Part shown: positions 29,508 to 37,783 of the stretch, in pieces
How the letters are laid out: each line of letters begins with the position of its first letter
Numbering within the stretch: position 1 is the first letter of the stretch
Assembly: GCA_035462575.1 (NCBI GenBank)
Contig: DATHUD010000712.1
Location: forward strand, 1-53,287
Direction: 5' to 3'
Length of the DNA stretch: 53,287 bases
Origin: Thermoanaerobaculia bacterium
Lineage (GTDB): Bacteria; Acidobacteriota; Thermoanaerobaculia; Multivoradales; UBA5704
Made by a program: the position numbers and the translations under genes
The notes under the pieces: model-generated
The model's input: only the letters and a program-made list of their open reading frames with translations
The model's database searches: none
Told to the model about the DNA's origin: nothing

Positions 29508-29834
29508 ATGTACGCAGTGATTGAAAGTGGTGGCAAGCAGTATCGCGTCGCCCCCGGTGACGTGCTCGACCTCGAGCTTCTCTCCGGGGCCGGCGAGCAG
29601 GGCGGTGCGGTCCGGTTCGACCGGGTCCTCATGGTCTCCGGCGACAACGGGACGCAGTTCGGCAGTCCGGCGCTCTCCGGCGCCTCCGTGACCGCCTCCT
29701 TCGTGAGCGCCGTGCGCGGCCCGAAGATCCGCGTCTTCAAGAAGAAGAGGCGGTCGACCTACCGGCGGACCAAGGGCCACCGGCAGAACCTGCACCGCAT
29801 CCGCATCGACGAAATCGTGCTCCCGTCCTCCTAG
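29508..29834 (+). CDS. rplU: 50S ribosomal protein L21
   Basis: MYAVIESGGKQYRV N-terminus. Confidence 0.95.
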   Translation: MYAVIESGGKQYRVAPGDVLDLELLSGAGEQGGAVRFDRVLMVSGDNGTQFGSPALSGASVTASFVSAVRGPKIRVFKKKRRSTYRRTKGHRQNLHRIRIDEIVLPSS

Positions 29835-29861
29835 GACGGAGCTTTTCGAGGTATCCAGCTC

Positions 29862-30158
29862 ATGGCACATAAAAAAGGACAGGGCTCCAGCCGCAACGGC
29901 CGCGACTCCAACCCGCAGCACCTGGGCGTCAAGGCCTACGGCGGGCAGCAGGTCACGGGCGGCTCGATCATCGTGCGGCAGCGCGGCACCAAGTTCTTCC
30001 CCGGCCAGAACGTCGGCCAGGGCAAGGACGACACCCTCTTTGCGAAGATGGACGGCGTCGTGAAGTTCCAGAACCGGGGCCGCCGCGGCACCTACGTGCA
30101 CATCCTGGCGCCCACGGAATCCGCCGGCACGGCGGAAACCGCCGGCGCCGCGGAATAA
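29862..30158 (+). CDS. rpmA: 50S ribosomal protein L27
   Basis: [25 protein letters not shown]-terminus, with an Ala/Glu-rich C-terminal extension. Confidence 0.95.
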   Translation: MAHKKGQGSSRNGRDSNPQHLGVKAYGGQQVTGGSIIVRQRGTKFFPGQNVGQGKDDTLFAKMDGVVKFQNRGRRGTYVHILAPTESAGTAETAGAAE

Positions 30159-30203
30159 CGAGGAGCCGGTTTCCCCGGCTCCTCCCTTCCCCCTGATTCC
30201 ACC

Positions 30204-31211
30204 TTGATTTTTCTCGACGAAGCCACTCTCCACGTCTTTGGCGGGCGTGGAGGCAACGGTTGCGTGGCCTTCCGCCGGGAGAAGTACGTCCCGAAAGGCG
30301 GCCCGTCGGGCGGGGATGGCGGGCACGGGGGATCGGTCTTTCTGGTCGGCCAGGCGAGCCGCAACACGCTCTACCACCTCCAGTTCGCCTCGCGTTACCC
30401 GGCCGAGCGCGGCCGGCACGGCGAGGGCTCGAACAAGTCCGGCCGTTCGGGGGAGGACCTGGAGGTCCCGGTCCCCCTGGGCACCGTGGTCTACGACAAG
30501 GAGACCGGGGAGATGCTGGGCGAGGTCCTGGAAAACGGCCAGCGCCTCAAAGTCGCCTCGGGCGGGCGCGGCGGGCGGGGCAACGCCCGCTTCGCCACGG
30601 CGACCAACCAGGCGCCCCGGCGCGCCGATCCCGGCCAGGACGGCGAGGAGCGGACGCTCCGCCTGGAGCTCAAGCTCCTGGCGGACGTGGGCGTCGTGGG
30701 CCTGCCCAATGCCGGCAAGTCGACGTTCATCAGCGTCGTCTCCGCCGCCCGGCCGAAGATCGCCGACTACCCGTTCACCACCCTCATCCCCCAGTTGGGC
30801 GTCGTGGCCCAGGGGCCGTTCTCCGAGCCCTTCGTCATCGCCGACCTGCCGGGCCTGATCGCCGGGGCGGCCCAGGGCGCCGGGCTCGGCTTCCAGTTCC
30901 TCCGCCACATCGAGCGCTGCCGGGTGCTGCTCCACCTGGTGGACCTCTCGAACCCGGAAGGGAGCGCGGCCGAAGATCTGGAGACCGTCGAGCGGGAGCT
31001 CGCCGCGTTCAACCCGGAGCTCATGGAGCGCCCGCGGCTGATCGTGGGGAGCAAGCTCGACTCCGGCCTGCCCGAGAGGCGGGAGGAGCTCGCGCGGACG
31101 GCCCAGGAGCGCGGGCTGCCGCATTTCGAGATCAGCTCCGCCACCGGCGAAGGCGTCCAGAAGCTGGTGGGGGAGCTCTCCCGCCGCCTGGAGGCGGCCC
31201 GGGTACCGTGA
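30204..31211 (+). CDS. obg: GTPase Obg/CgtA
   Basis: Obg fold (GGRGGNGCVAFRREKY, GGDGGHGGSV), G1 GLPNAGKST, G3 DLPG. TTG start. Confidence 0.95.
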   Translation: MIFLDEATLHVFGGRGGNGCVAFRREKYVPKGGPSGGDGGHGGSVFLVGQASRNTLYHLQFASRYPAERGRHGEGSNKSGRSGEDLEVPVPLGTVVYDKETGEMLGEVLENGQRLKVASGGRGGRGNARFATATNQAPRRADPGQDGEERTLRLELKLLADVGVVGLPNAGKSTFISVVSAARPKIADYPFTTLIPQLGVVAQGPFSEPFVIADLPGLIAGAAQGAGLGFQFLRHIERCRVLLHLVDLSNPEGSAAEDLETVERELAAFNPELMERPRLIVGSKLDSGLPERREELARTAQERGLPHFEISSATGEGVQKLVGELSRRLEAARVP

Positions 31212-31810
31212 AGGTCGGGCTCTTCGGAGGCAGCTTCGACCCCATCCACCGGGGGCACATCGAGCCCGTCCAGGAGGCCCGGCGCGCCCTGGGGCTCGAC
31301 CGGGTGATCTATCTGCCCACGGCCGTCCCCCCGCACAAGCCGGGGCGCAGGCTCGCGCCGGCCCACTCCCGGTTCGCCATGGTCGAGATGGCTCTCCTCG
31401 ACGAGGAGGGGCTCTACGCCTCGCCTCACGAGCTGACCCTGGGCCGGCCCGCCTACACGATCGAGACGTTGGAGCACTTCAAGCGGGAGATGCCCGGGGC
31501 CGAGCTCCATCTCCTGATCGGCGGAGACTCCTTCGCCGATCTCTCCCACTGGGTCCGCTGGCGGGAGATCCCCGAAGCGGCCCGGATCGTCGTCCTCACC
31601 CGGCCCGGCTGGGACCTGGACGCGGTCCCCCTGGACCTGGAGGTCGCCGCCCTCGTGGGGAGCGACCGGGTCGTCTTTTTGAAGCAGCCGCCGGTCGACC
31701 TTTCGTCCACCCGGCTGCGCGAGTTGTTCGCGGCGGGCGAGCCCGCCCCCGCCGGGTCCATGCCGGACCTGGTGGTACGATACGTGCAAAAATACAAGCT
31801 CTATCAATGA
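31208..31810 (+). CDS. nadD: Nicotinate-nucleotide adenylyltransferase
   Basis: GGSFDPIHRGH motif. The GTG start overlaps the obg stop (GTGA). Confidence 0.9.
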   Translation: MKVGLFGGSFDPIHRGHIEPVQEARRALGLDRVIYLPTAVPPHKPGRRLAPAHSRFAMVEMALLDEEGLYASPHELTLGRPAYTIETLEHFKREMPGAELHLLIGGDSFADLSHWVRWREIPEAARIVVLTRPGWDLDAVPLDLEVAALVGSDRVVFLKQPPVDLSSTRLRELFAAGEPAPAGSMPDLVVRYVQKYKLYQ

Positions 31811-32184
31811 ACGCCGAACCCATCACCACCCTCACCGACACCGTCCAACGAGTTCGAGAAGCCGTCTCCGCCGCGGACGACCGCAAGGCGGTGGACTTGA
31901 AAGTCCTGCACCTCCAGAAGGTGAGCGACTTCACGGACTACTTCCTCATCTGCAGCGGCACCAGCGAGCGCCAGGTCCAGGCCATCGCCGACGCCGTCCA
32001 GGAGAAGCTCCGCGCGGGCCGCGTGCGCCCCCTCCACGTCGAGGGTTACAACCGCGGTCAGTGGGTGCTGATCGACTATGGCGACCTGGTCGTCCACGTC
32101 TTCCAGGAGGAGCCCCGGCGGTTCTACGCCCTGGAGCGCCTCTGGGGAGACGCTCCCGAGGTGACGGCCGAGTTCCGGGCGTGA
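31807..32184 (+). CDS. rsfS: Ribosome silencing factor RsfS (Iojap family)
   Basis: 125 aa with DYFLICSGTSERQVQAI and WVLIDYGDLVVHVF motifs. ATGA overlap with nadD. Confidence 0.9.
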   Translation: MNAEPITTLTDTVQRVREAVSAADDRKAVDLKVLHLQKVSDFTDYFLICSGTSERQVQAIADAVQEKLRAGRVRPLHVEGYNRGQWVLIDYGDLVVHVFQEEPRRFYALERLWGDAPEVTAEFRA

Positions 32185-33101
32185 CGTCCGCGTCGCCCCT
32201 GTCGCTCGAACGCCTCCAGAGAGACTTCCCGTCCCTGGCCGAAAGCCTGAAGGGGGCGGACCGCGCCGCGGCCACGGACGCCCCGGTCCTCCTCCTGGGA
32301 GAGCCGGGGACCGGCCGCTCCACCGTGGCCCGCGCCCTCCACGACGCAAGCCCCCGCGCCGCGGGCGCCCTGGTCGAGGTCGACCCCGGGGCGCTCCCCA
32401 GCACCCTCTTCGAGAGCGAGTTCTTCGGCTACCGGGCGGGCGCCTTTACCGGCGCCGAGCGGGCCGGCGAGGGGCGGGTCGCCCGCGCGCTCGGCGGCAC
32501 GCTGGTCCTGGACCACGTCGAGGAGCTGCCGCTCGCCTCTCAGCCCAAGCTTCTGCGGCTGATCGCCGAACGGCGGTACTCCCCGCTGGGCGGCGAGGAG
32601 ACGGAGGCGGACGTCCGCTTCATCGCGATCGGCTCTGAAGACCTCCCCCGGCGGGTCGCGCGGGAGGCGTTCCGCCCCGATCTCTTTTACCGCCTGGAGG
32701 TCCTGGCCTTCCGGCTGCCGCCGCTGCGCGAGCGCCGGCCCGACCTCCCGGCGATCCTCGACCATCTCCTGGCGGATCTGGCCGAGCGCTTCGGCTACGG
32801 CGAGCCCGTCCTCGCTCCCCGCGCCCGCGCCTGGATGCTGGAGCACCCCTGGCCCGGCAACCTCCGCCAGCTCCGGAACCTCCTGGAGCGCGGCCTGATC
32901 CTGGCCGAGGGCGGCCCCGTCGATCCGCCGCCTCCGGCGGACCTCTCCGAAGCGCGGCCCCGGCCTCTCCTGGAGGTCGAGAGGGAGCAGATCCGGAACG
33001 CCCTCGCCTACACCCGCGGCCACCAGGGCCGGGCCGCGGAGCTCCTGGGCATCAGCCGCAAGGCGCTGTGGGAGAAGCGGCGGCGGTACGGGATTCCGTA
33101 G
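32181..33101 (+). CDS. Sigma-54-dependent transcriptional activator lacking a receiver/sensor domain
   Basis: AAA+ Walker A GEPGTGRS, sigma-54 contact loop GAFTGA, and a C-terminal Fis-type HTH (AAELLGISRKALWEKRRRYGI). The GTG start overlaps the rsfS stop. Only about 40 residues precede the AAA+ core. Confidence 0.85.
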   Translation: MTSASPLSLERLQRDFPSLAESLKGADRAAATDAPVLLLGEPGTGRSTVARALHDASPRAAGALVEVDPGALPSTLFESEFFGYRAGAFTGAERAGEGRVARALGGTLVLDHVEELPLASQPKLLRLIAERRYSPLGGEETEADVRFIAIGSEDLPRRVAREAFRPDLFYRLEVLAFRLPPLRERRPDLPAILDHLLADLAERFGYGEPVLAPRARAWMLEHPWPGNLRQLRNLLERGLILAEGGPVDPPPPADLSEARPRPLLEVEREQIRNALAYTRGHQGRAAELLGISRKALWEKRRRYGIP

Positions 33102-33118
33102 AAGAGGGAGAAGGGGAA

Positions 33119-33213
33119 CACGGACGAGCACGGACCCACACGGACCAACAAGGACGAACACCCCCCTCGTCCGTGCTGTCTTTTCTGTCCGTGATCGTCC
33201 GTGTTGGTCCGTG
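33119..33213. repeat. Two opposed arrays of heptamer CACGGAC / GTCCGTG at 10-bp phasing
   Basis: CACGGAC starts at 33119, 33129 and 33139, with degenerate CAAGGAC at 33149. GTCCGTG starts at 33169, 33187, 33197 and 33207. The gap is convergent (stops at 33101 and 33233). Confidence 0.7.
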
Positions 33214-33232
33214 TTCGTCCCTTCAGCTCCCT

Positions 33233-33643
33233 TCAGCGCACCGCCTCTGGCTCCACCACCCGCAGCACCGGCACCGGCGGAGGCTCCCCCTCACACTCTT
33301 CGAGCCACGCCTGCCACCGGCCCACCTCTTCGAGAAGACTCGCGATATCGAGGCCGTGCGAAGCCGGCACGAAGGGCTCCAGGCGGCGGCGCGCCTTGGC
33401 GAAGGTGCGGCGGGGGCCGGCCTGCCGTTCGAGGTCGCGGAACTGGTGGAGGGCCGCGGCGACCTGGATGATCCCCTGGAAGAGGTTCCGGGGCTCCGGC
33501 CGGTTCGAGCGCCAGATCTCCTCCAGGACCTCGTGGGCCTCGAAGAAGTCTCCGCGGTTGAAGAGCCCGATCCCTTCCCGGAAGAGATGCTGCCGCTCCT
33601 CGGCGGAGAGGATGGGGTGGAGGACCCGGGGCTCCGGGCTCAC
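33233..33643 (-). CDS. DUF309 domain-containing protein
   Basis: FNRGDFFEAHEVLEEIW motif. The GTG start overlaps the stop of the upstream HD-GYP gene (GTGA). Confidence 0.75.
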   Translation of the reverse strand: MSPEPRVLHPILSAEERQHLFREGIGLFNRGDFFEAHEVLEEIWRSNRPEPRNLFQGIIQVAAALHQFRDLERQAGPRRTFAKARRRLEPFVPASHGLDIASLLEEVGRWQAWLEECEGEPPPVPVLRVVEPEAVR

Positions 33644-34962
33644 TCGGCGGCCCGCCGCTCCAGGTCCGGCTCGGCCAGCGAGTCGAGAAGGTCGGCCGGG
33701 AGCGAGAGGCCCGGGTGGACCCGCTTGCACAGCTCGCGCAGGCGGCGGAGCTCGACCTCGGGCAGGTGGCGGAACGCCTCTACGACCTGCGGGTCGAGCT
33801 GCTGGCCCGACACCCGCTGGAGCTCGGCCACCGCGACCTGGTGGCTGCGGGCCCGCCGGTAGGGGCGGTCGGAGGTGATGGCGTCGTAGGTGTCCACCAC
33901 CGCGAAGATCCGGGCGGAGAGAGGGATGCTCTCCCGGGCGAGGCCACGGGGGTAGCCATGGCCGTCCCACCGCTCGTGGTGGCTGTAGATGATCTCGAGC
34001 GAGGCCGGCTGGAGGAAGCTGACCTCGGCCAGCATGTCGAAACCCCAGTTCGGGTGCTGCTTCATGATGTGCCACTCGTCCTCGGTGAGCGGGCCCACCT
34101 TGCGGAGGATCTCGTCGGGGACCACCATCTTGCCCACGTCGTGGAGGAGCGCCCCCCACTCGATCGCCTTGATTGCCTCGCCCTTGAAGCCCATGGCCTT
34201 GGCCAGGGCCACGGCGTAGAGCGCCACGCGGAAGGAGTGGCCGCTCGTCTCGTGGTCGCGGGCGTCGGCCGCGGTCACCACCGCTCCCACCGCCTCCACG
34301 TACGAGCGCTCGCGGGCGTGCTGCGACTCCTCGAGCGTGACCAGAAGGGAGCGGAAGGTCTCCTCGATGAGCCGGACCTCGCTCCCGCCGCCGGAGCTCG
34401 CGAAGTCGCTCTGGAGCTCGCCCGACCGTGCCATCGCGGACATGGTCTCGGCGAGCTTGCGCAGCGGCAGCGTGATCCGCCGCACCACCCACCAGGCCCC
34501 CGCCGCGGCGAGAATTCCGGCAGAGAAGCCGATGAACAGGAGGTTCCAGCCGATCTGGCCCGCGAGCTGTGGATCGCCGGAGACGGTGACGAGGTGGTAC
34601 ACGAGGAGCAGTGCGATCACCAGGACCGTGGCCGCGATCGTGGCCGTGAAGAGGAGCGAACGGGTGCGCAGGTTCAAGTTCGATAACTCCCAAAAGCCGG
34701 AGAGAGGGCCCCGGTGCCCAGCATCCAAAGGATAGACTCCAGACCTCTTCGCGAGGAAACGATTCAAGCGCAGGTTTGGGGAGGCACCTCTCCGGATCGA
34801 CGGATCGGCGACCATCCCTTGATCACGCTCCTGCGAAATTGCGCGCAGTATACGCCAACCGGCGCCCTCCCTCCAAGGAGATCCTTCAGGGCTCGGCGGC
34901 ACGGAGGCGGCACCTGCCTCCGCCGCAGCGGACCGCGCTCGAATCGACTCGGTAGGGCTCAT
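33640..34962 (-). CDS. HD-GYP domain protein with TM/HAMP-like N-terminal region (putative c-di-GMP phosphodiesterase)
   Basis: HDVGK, HHERWDGHGYP and DRPYR motifs, with two hydrophobic segments upstream. The start is uncertain (ATG 34962 or ATG 34815). Confidence 0.85.
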   Translation of the reverse strand: MSPTESIRARSAAAEAGAASVPPSPEGSPWREGAGWRILRAISQERDQGMVADPSIRRGASPNLRLNRFLAKRSGVYPLDAGHRGPLSGFWELSNLNLRTRSLLFTATIAATVLVIALLLVYHLVTVSGDPQLAGQIGWNLLFIGFSAGILAAAGAWWVVRRITLPLRKLAETMSAMARSGELQSDFASSGGGSEVRLIEETFRSLLVTLEESQHARERSYVEAVGAVVTAADARDHETSGHSFRVALYAVALAKAMGFKGEAIKAIEWGALLHDVGKMVVPDEILRKVGPLTEDEWHIMKQHPNWGFDMLAEVSFLQPASLEIIYSHHERWDGHGYPRGLARESIPLSARIFAVVDTYDAITSDRPYRRARSHQVAVAELQRVSGQQLDPQVVEAFRHLPEVELRRLRELCKRVHPGLSLPADLLDSLAEPDLERRAAE

Positions 34963-35031
34963 CTACTGAAGAAGGTGCTTCTCGCGGCCCAAGGCGCGAC
35001 TTCTTTTCGCTCCCTGGTAGCATGCCGGCCC

Positions 35032-36435
35032 ATGCGAGACTCGAAGACCCGGTGGGGCGCGCTGGCCCTGGCCGCCGGACTCCTGCTCGTCGCGTCTCCG
35101 GCCGGCGCGCGGGAGATCCTCTCCGCCCATGAGGTGGCGGCGGGCCTCGCCCGGCTCGGGCCCCGGCCGGTCGACCGCCCCGCGGACCAGACCCGGGCCG
35201 TAGCGTTCCTTCTCGATGCCATGCGCCGCGCGGGGCTTTCGGACGTGCGGGCGGTGCCCGTCCCGGGCCAGCCGGAGCTCGTGAACCTCGAAGGCGCGCT
35301 GCCGGGCAGGTCGGACCTGGAGGTCGTGCTCTCCGCCCACTACGACACCGTCTCCCGGAGCCCCGGGGCGGGGGACGACGCCTCCGGCTGCGGCGTCGTG
35401 CTGGCCGCGGCGGCCGACCTCGCGCGCACGCCGCTCGACCACACCGTGCGCGTGGTCCTCTTCGACGGCGAGGAGAAGGGCCTCCTCGGGAGCCGCGCCT
35501 GGGTGGACGCGCTGCCGCCGGAGCGGGCGTCCCGCATCCTCGCGAACCTGAACGTCGAGATGGTGGGCTGGGCCGGGAGCGCCGGGCCGGTGATCCACAC
35601 CTTCCCGGTCAAGGCCGGCGAGGAGCGGGTGATGCCTCCCGGGTGGCTCGCCCACTTCCTTCTGCGAAGCGGCGAAGCCGTGGGCTGGCCGCTCTCCGTC
35701 GCGGACAACCGATACCCCGTCCTCACCCAACTCGTGCTGCGCTCGGCCCGGGTGCGCCTGGCGGCCGACAGCAACAGCTTCCTCGCCCGGGGAATCCCCG
35801 CCGTGGCCCTCTCGGACAGCTCGCTCCTGGTCCTGGACCCCGCCTACCACGGCCCGGCGGATGCCCCCGGCCGCCTCGACGCCGCGCGCCTCGGCCGCTG
35901 GACCGACCTGATCGCCGCGACCGTCCGCAGGCTCGACGGCCTCGCCGGGAGGCCCGCCCCCGAGGACCGCTACCTCGCGGCCTTCGGCCGGGTCTGGCTG
36001 CGGCGCGACCTCCTCTGGGTGGGGTTCCTCCTCTGGGTGCTCCTCGTCTTCCGGGGCCGACCCGGGCGCTGGCTCGGGACCTCGGCCGCGGAGCACGGCC
36101 GCCAGATGCGCTCCTACCTCCCCGGCTTCCTCTTCCGCCTCCTTCTCCTCCTCGCGATCTTCCTGGCGCCGGTCTTTTCCGTGCTCCTCCTCCCGGCCGC
36201 CGCCCTCACCGTCATCCCCCCGCGGCGCACCTCCCTGAAGATCCTCTGGATCCTCCTGGGCCTCCTCCCCCTCCTCCTCCTCCTCGGAGCCCTGGGCTTC
36301 GCCGCCGCGGAAGGCATGGTGAGCCTCAAGGGAGGATTCCGGGGCGGCTGGGCCGCGGCGGTGCTGATCCCGGCGACTCTTCTCGCCTGGGGTCTGACCC
36401 TCGGCCAGTCCCGGTCCGGAGATCGTAAAGTCTGA
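35032..36435 (+). CDS. M28-family metallopeptidase with C-terminal multi-TM region
   Basis: Signal peptide (ALALAAGLLLVASPAGA), zinc-ligand contexts SAHYDT, GAGDDASGCGV and FDGEEKGLLGS, then several hydrophobic helices. Confidence 0.8.
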   Translation: MRDSKTRWGALALAAGLLLVASPAGAREILSAHEVAAGLARLGPRPVDRPADQTRAVAFLLDAMRRAGLSDVRAVPVPGQPELVNLEGALPGRSDLEVVLSAHYDTVSRSPGAGDDASGCGVVLAAAADLARTPLDHTVRVVLFDGEEKGLLGSRAWVDALPPERASRILANLNVEMVGWAGSAGPVIHTFPVKAGEERVMPPGWLAHFLLRSGEAVGWPLSVADNRYPVLTQLVLRSARVRLAADSNSFLARGIPAVALSDSSLLVLDPAYHGPADAPGRLDAARLGRWTDLIAATVRRLDGLAGRPAPEDRYLAAFGRVWLRRDLLWVGFLLWVLLVFRGRPGRWLGTSAAEHGRQMRSYLPGFLFRLLLLLAIFLAPVFSVLLLPAAALTVIPPRRTSLKILWILLGLLPLLLLLGALGFAAAEGMVSLKGGFRGGWAAAVLIPATLLAWGLTLGQSRSGDRKV

Positions 36436-36498
36436 CCCTTTACGCCTTGTTCGTTCCAAGGAGCCGTGTGCTAAACTGGAATCGTCGAGGGAAGAACA

Positions 36499-36930
36499 AT
36501 GATCTCGCAAGAAGATATCGTTCTGGCGGCCTTGTCACCGGCCGGCGGTACGCCCTACAGCCCGGTCCAGGTGCAGAAGCTCCTCTTCCTGGTTGACCAG
36601 AACCTTTCCCCGTATCTCGGGGGACCGAAGTTCGACTTCCAGCCCCACCACTACGGTCCTTTCGACAAGAGGGTGTATTTCACCCTCGAAGACCTGGCCC
36701 AGCGGGGCATGGTCGAGATCACCCGCGGCAGAGGAAACTGGCCCGAGTACCGGCTCACCCCGGAAGGGCAGGCTCGTGCCGCGGAGGTGCTGGCGGGTCT
36801 GGACGAGCGAGCTCGAAGCTACCTCGGGAGGGTGTCCGCCTTTGTGCGGAGCCTGTCGTTCTCGGAGCTGGTTTCCGCGATCTACAAGGCCTATCCCGAG
36901 ATGCGCGTCCGAAGCGTTTTCCAAGAGTAA
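36499..36930 (+). CDS. YwgA-type / SocA-Panacea (DUF4065)-like protein with winged-helix-like C-terminal half
   Basis: 143 aa. VQVQKLLFLVDQNL...FDFQPHHYGPFDKRVYFTLEDLAQRGMVE resembles the KLxKLLY...YGP signature of the DUF4065/YwgA family. This is recognised from memory and not verified by search. GAGGGAAG SD upstream. GC looks lower than in the neighbours. Confidence 0.55.
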   Translation: MISQEDIVLAALSPAGGTPYSPVQVQKLLFLVDQNLSPYLGGPKFDFQPHHYGPFDKRVYFTLEDLAQRGMVEITRGRGNWPEYRLTPEGQARAAEVLAGLDERARSYLGRVSAFVRSLSFSELVSAIYKAYPEMRVRSVFQE

Positions 36931-36936
36931 CCTCCT

Positions 36937-37200
36937 GTGACATCGATCGTCGGAGTCCTCTGCAGGGACGGCGCTGTCATCGGTACGGACAGCGCCACGA
37001 CCTTTGGGGGAAGGCTCCGCACGATCGAGCAAGCGACCGAAAAGCTCGATCTCATCGGAGATGAGATCATTCTGGCCGGGGCCGGATCGACCGGGCTCCG
37101 GCAACGGTTCCGCGACATCGTCGAGGACGCCTGGGTCTTTTCCGGAAGGCACGCGTTCACGGGGGCCGACCTGCCCGAGGTTCCGAGTCTGGAGATCTAA
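36937..37200 (+). pseudogene. Truncated HslV/proteasome-beta-like Ntn-hydrolase fragment (87 aa)
   Basis: (M)TSIVGVLCRDGAVIGTDSATTFGG...KLDLIGDEIILAGAGSTGLRQRF aligns by eye with the Thr1 N-terminus and first half of HslV/20S beta subunits. It stops at about half the length of the fold, and no continuation exists in the other frames. The GTG start has no SD, and it is in the same frame as the preceding gene, separated only by TAA-CCT-CCT. Confidence 0.5.
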
Positions 37201-37324
37201 GCCTGGCCCGGAGGGCCAAAGCGGAGCGAAACGCTTCTGCCTTCCCCGTCACTCCTTGACGGCACCCCCCGGTCCCGAGGATGATGGGAGATCGGGTTTC
37301 GCCCAAAAAAGGAGGAGGAAGCTC

Positions 37325-37783
37325 ATGTCCCAAAAGCTCTTTTCTTCGCTCGCCATCGCCGGAGCTCTGTTGACGGCGTCTGCCACCTATGCCCAGCAGC
37401 CGCTGTCCCCGCGAGAGGCCCTCGTGAAAGCCGTCGAGCGCTACGCCGCCCAGGTGAAGCCGACCCTGCGCGCCGAAGAGGGTCCGGTCACGAAGGCCGT
37501 GCCCCGCACCGACAAGGCGGAGGCCATCTTCATCGGCACCGTCGAGCTCGTCGACAGCACCGACTTCCTGGACGACGGCACGCCGTTCCGGATCGTCGCC
37601 ATCGACTCGCGGCGGCCGTTCGACCAGTTCCACTTCATCGTCTGCCTGGGCTCGTCGTCCAACAACGCCTGCGGACGCCTTCGTGAGGGCCGCCGGGTCC
37701 AGTTCACCACCGACGTCCTGACGATCGAGGACGGCGACGAGGCCGGGCTCGCGCTCTTCGTCGCCAAGCGGATCAAGACCTAG
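37325..37783 (+). CDS. Hypothetical secreted protein
   Basis: 152 aa. Strong SD (AAAGGAGGAGGAAG) and a signal peptide (LFSSLAIAGALLTASATYAQQ). No recognised domain. Confidence 0.65.
   Translation: MSQKLFSSLAIAGALLTASATYAQQPLSPREALVKAVERYAAQVKPTLRAEEGPVTKAVPRTDKAEAIFIGTVELVDSTDFLDDGTPFRIVAIDSRRPFDQFHFIVCLGSSSNNACGRLREGRRVQFTTDVLTIEDGDEAGLALFVAKRIKT

Noticed and set aside
28310-29740. 476-aa minus-strand ORF
   Set aside because: It is out of frame over the alpha/beta hydrolase gene and antisense to rplU. Only its last 53 codons (the zinc-ribbon ORF) have an SD and a terminator.
30161-30183. Hairpin AGGAGCCGG-TTTCC-CCGGCTCCT between rpmA and obg, as a terminator or attenuator
   Set aside because: The stem is clear but no U-tract follows, and rplU-rpmA-obg are usually co-transcribed. 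Evidence is too thin to list it as a feature.
36937-37200. Calling the HslV-like ORF a functional peptidase
   Set aside because: 87 aa is about half of the Ntn-hydrolase fold, and the remaining strands and helices are absent from all frames downstream. I report it as a fragment of uncertain function.
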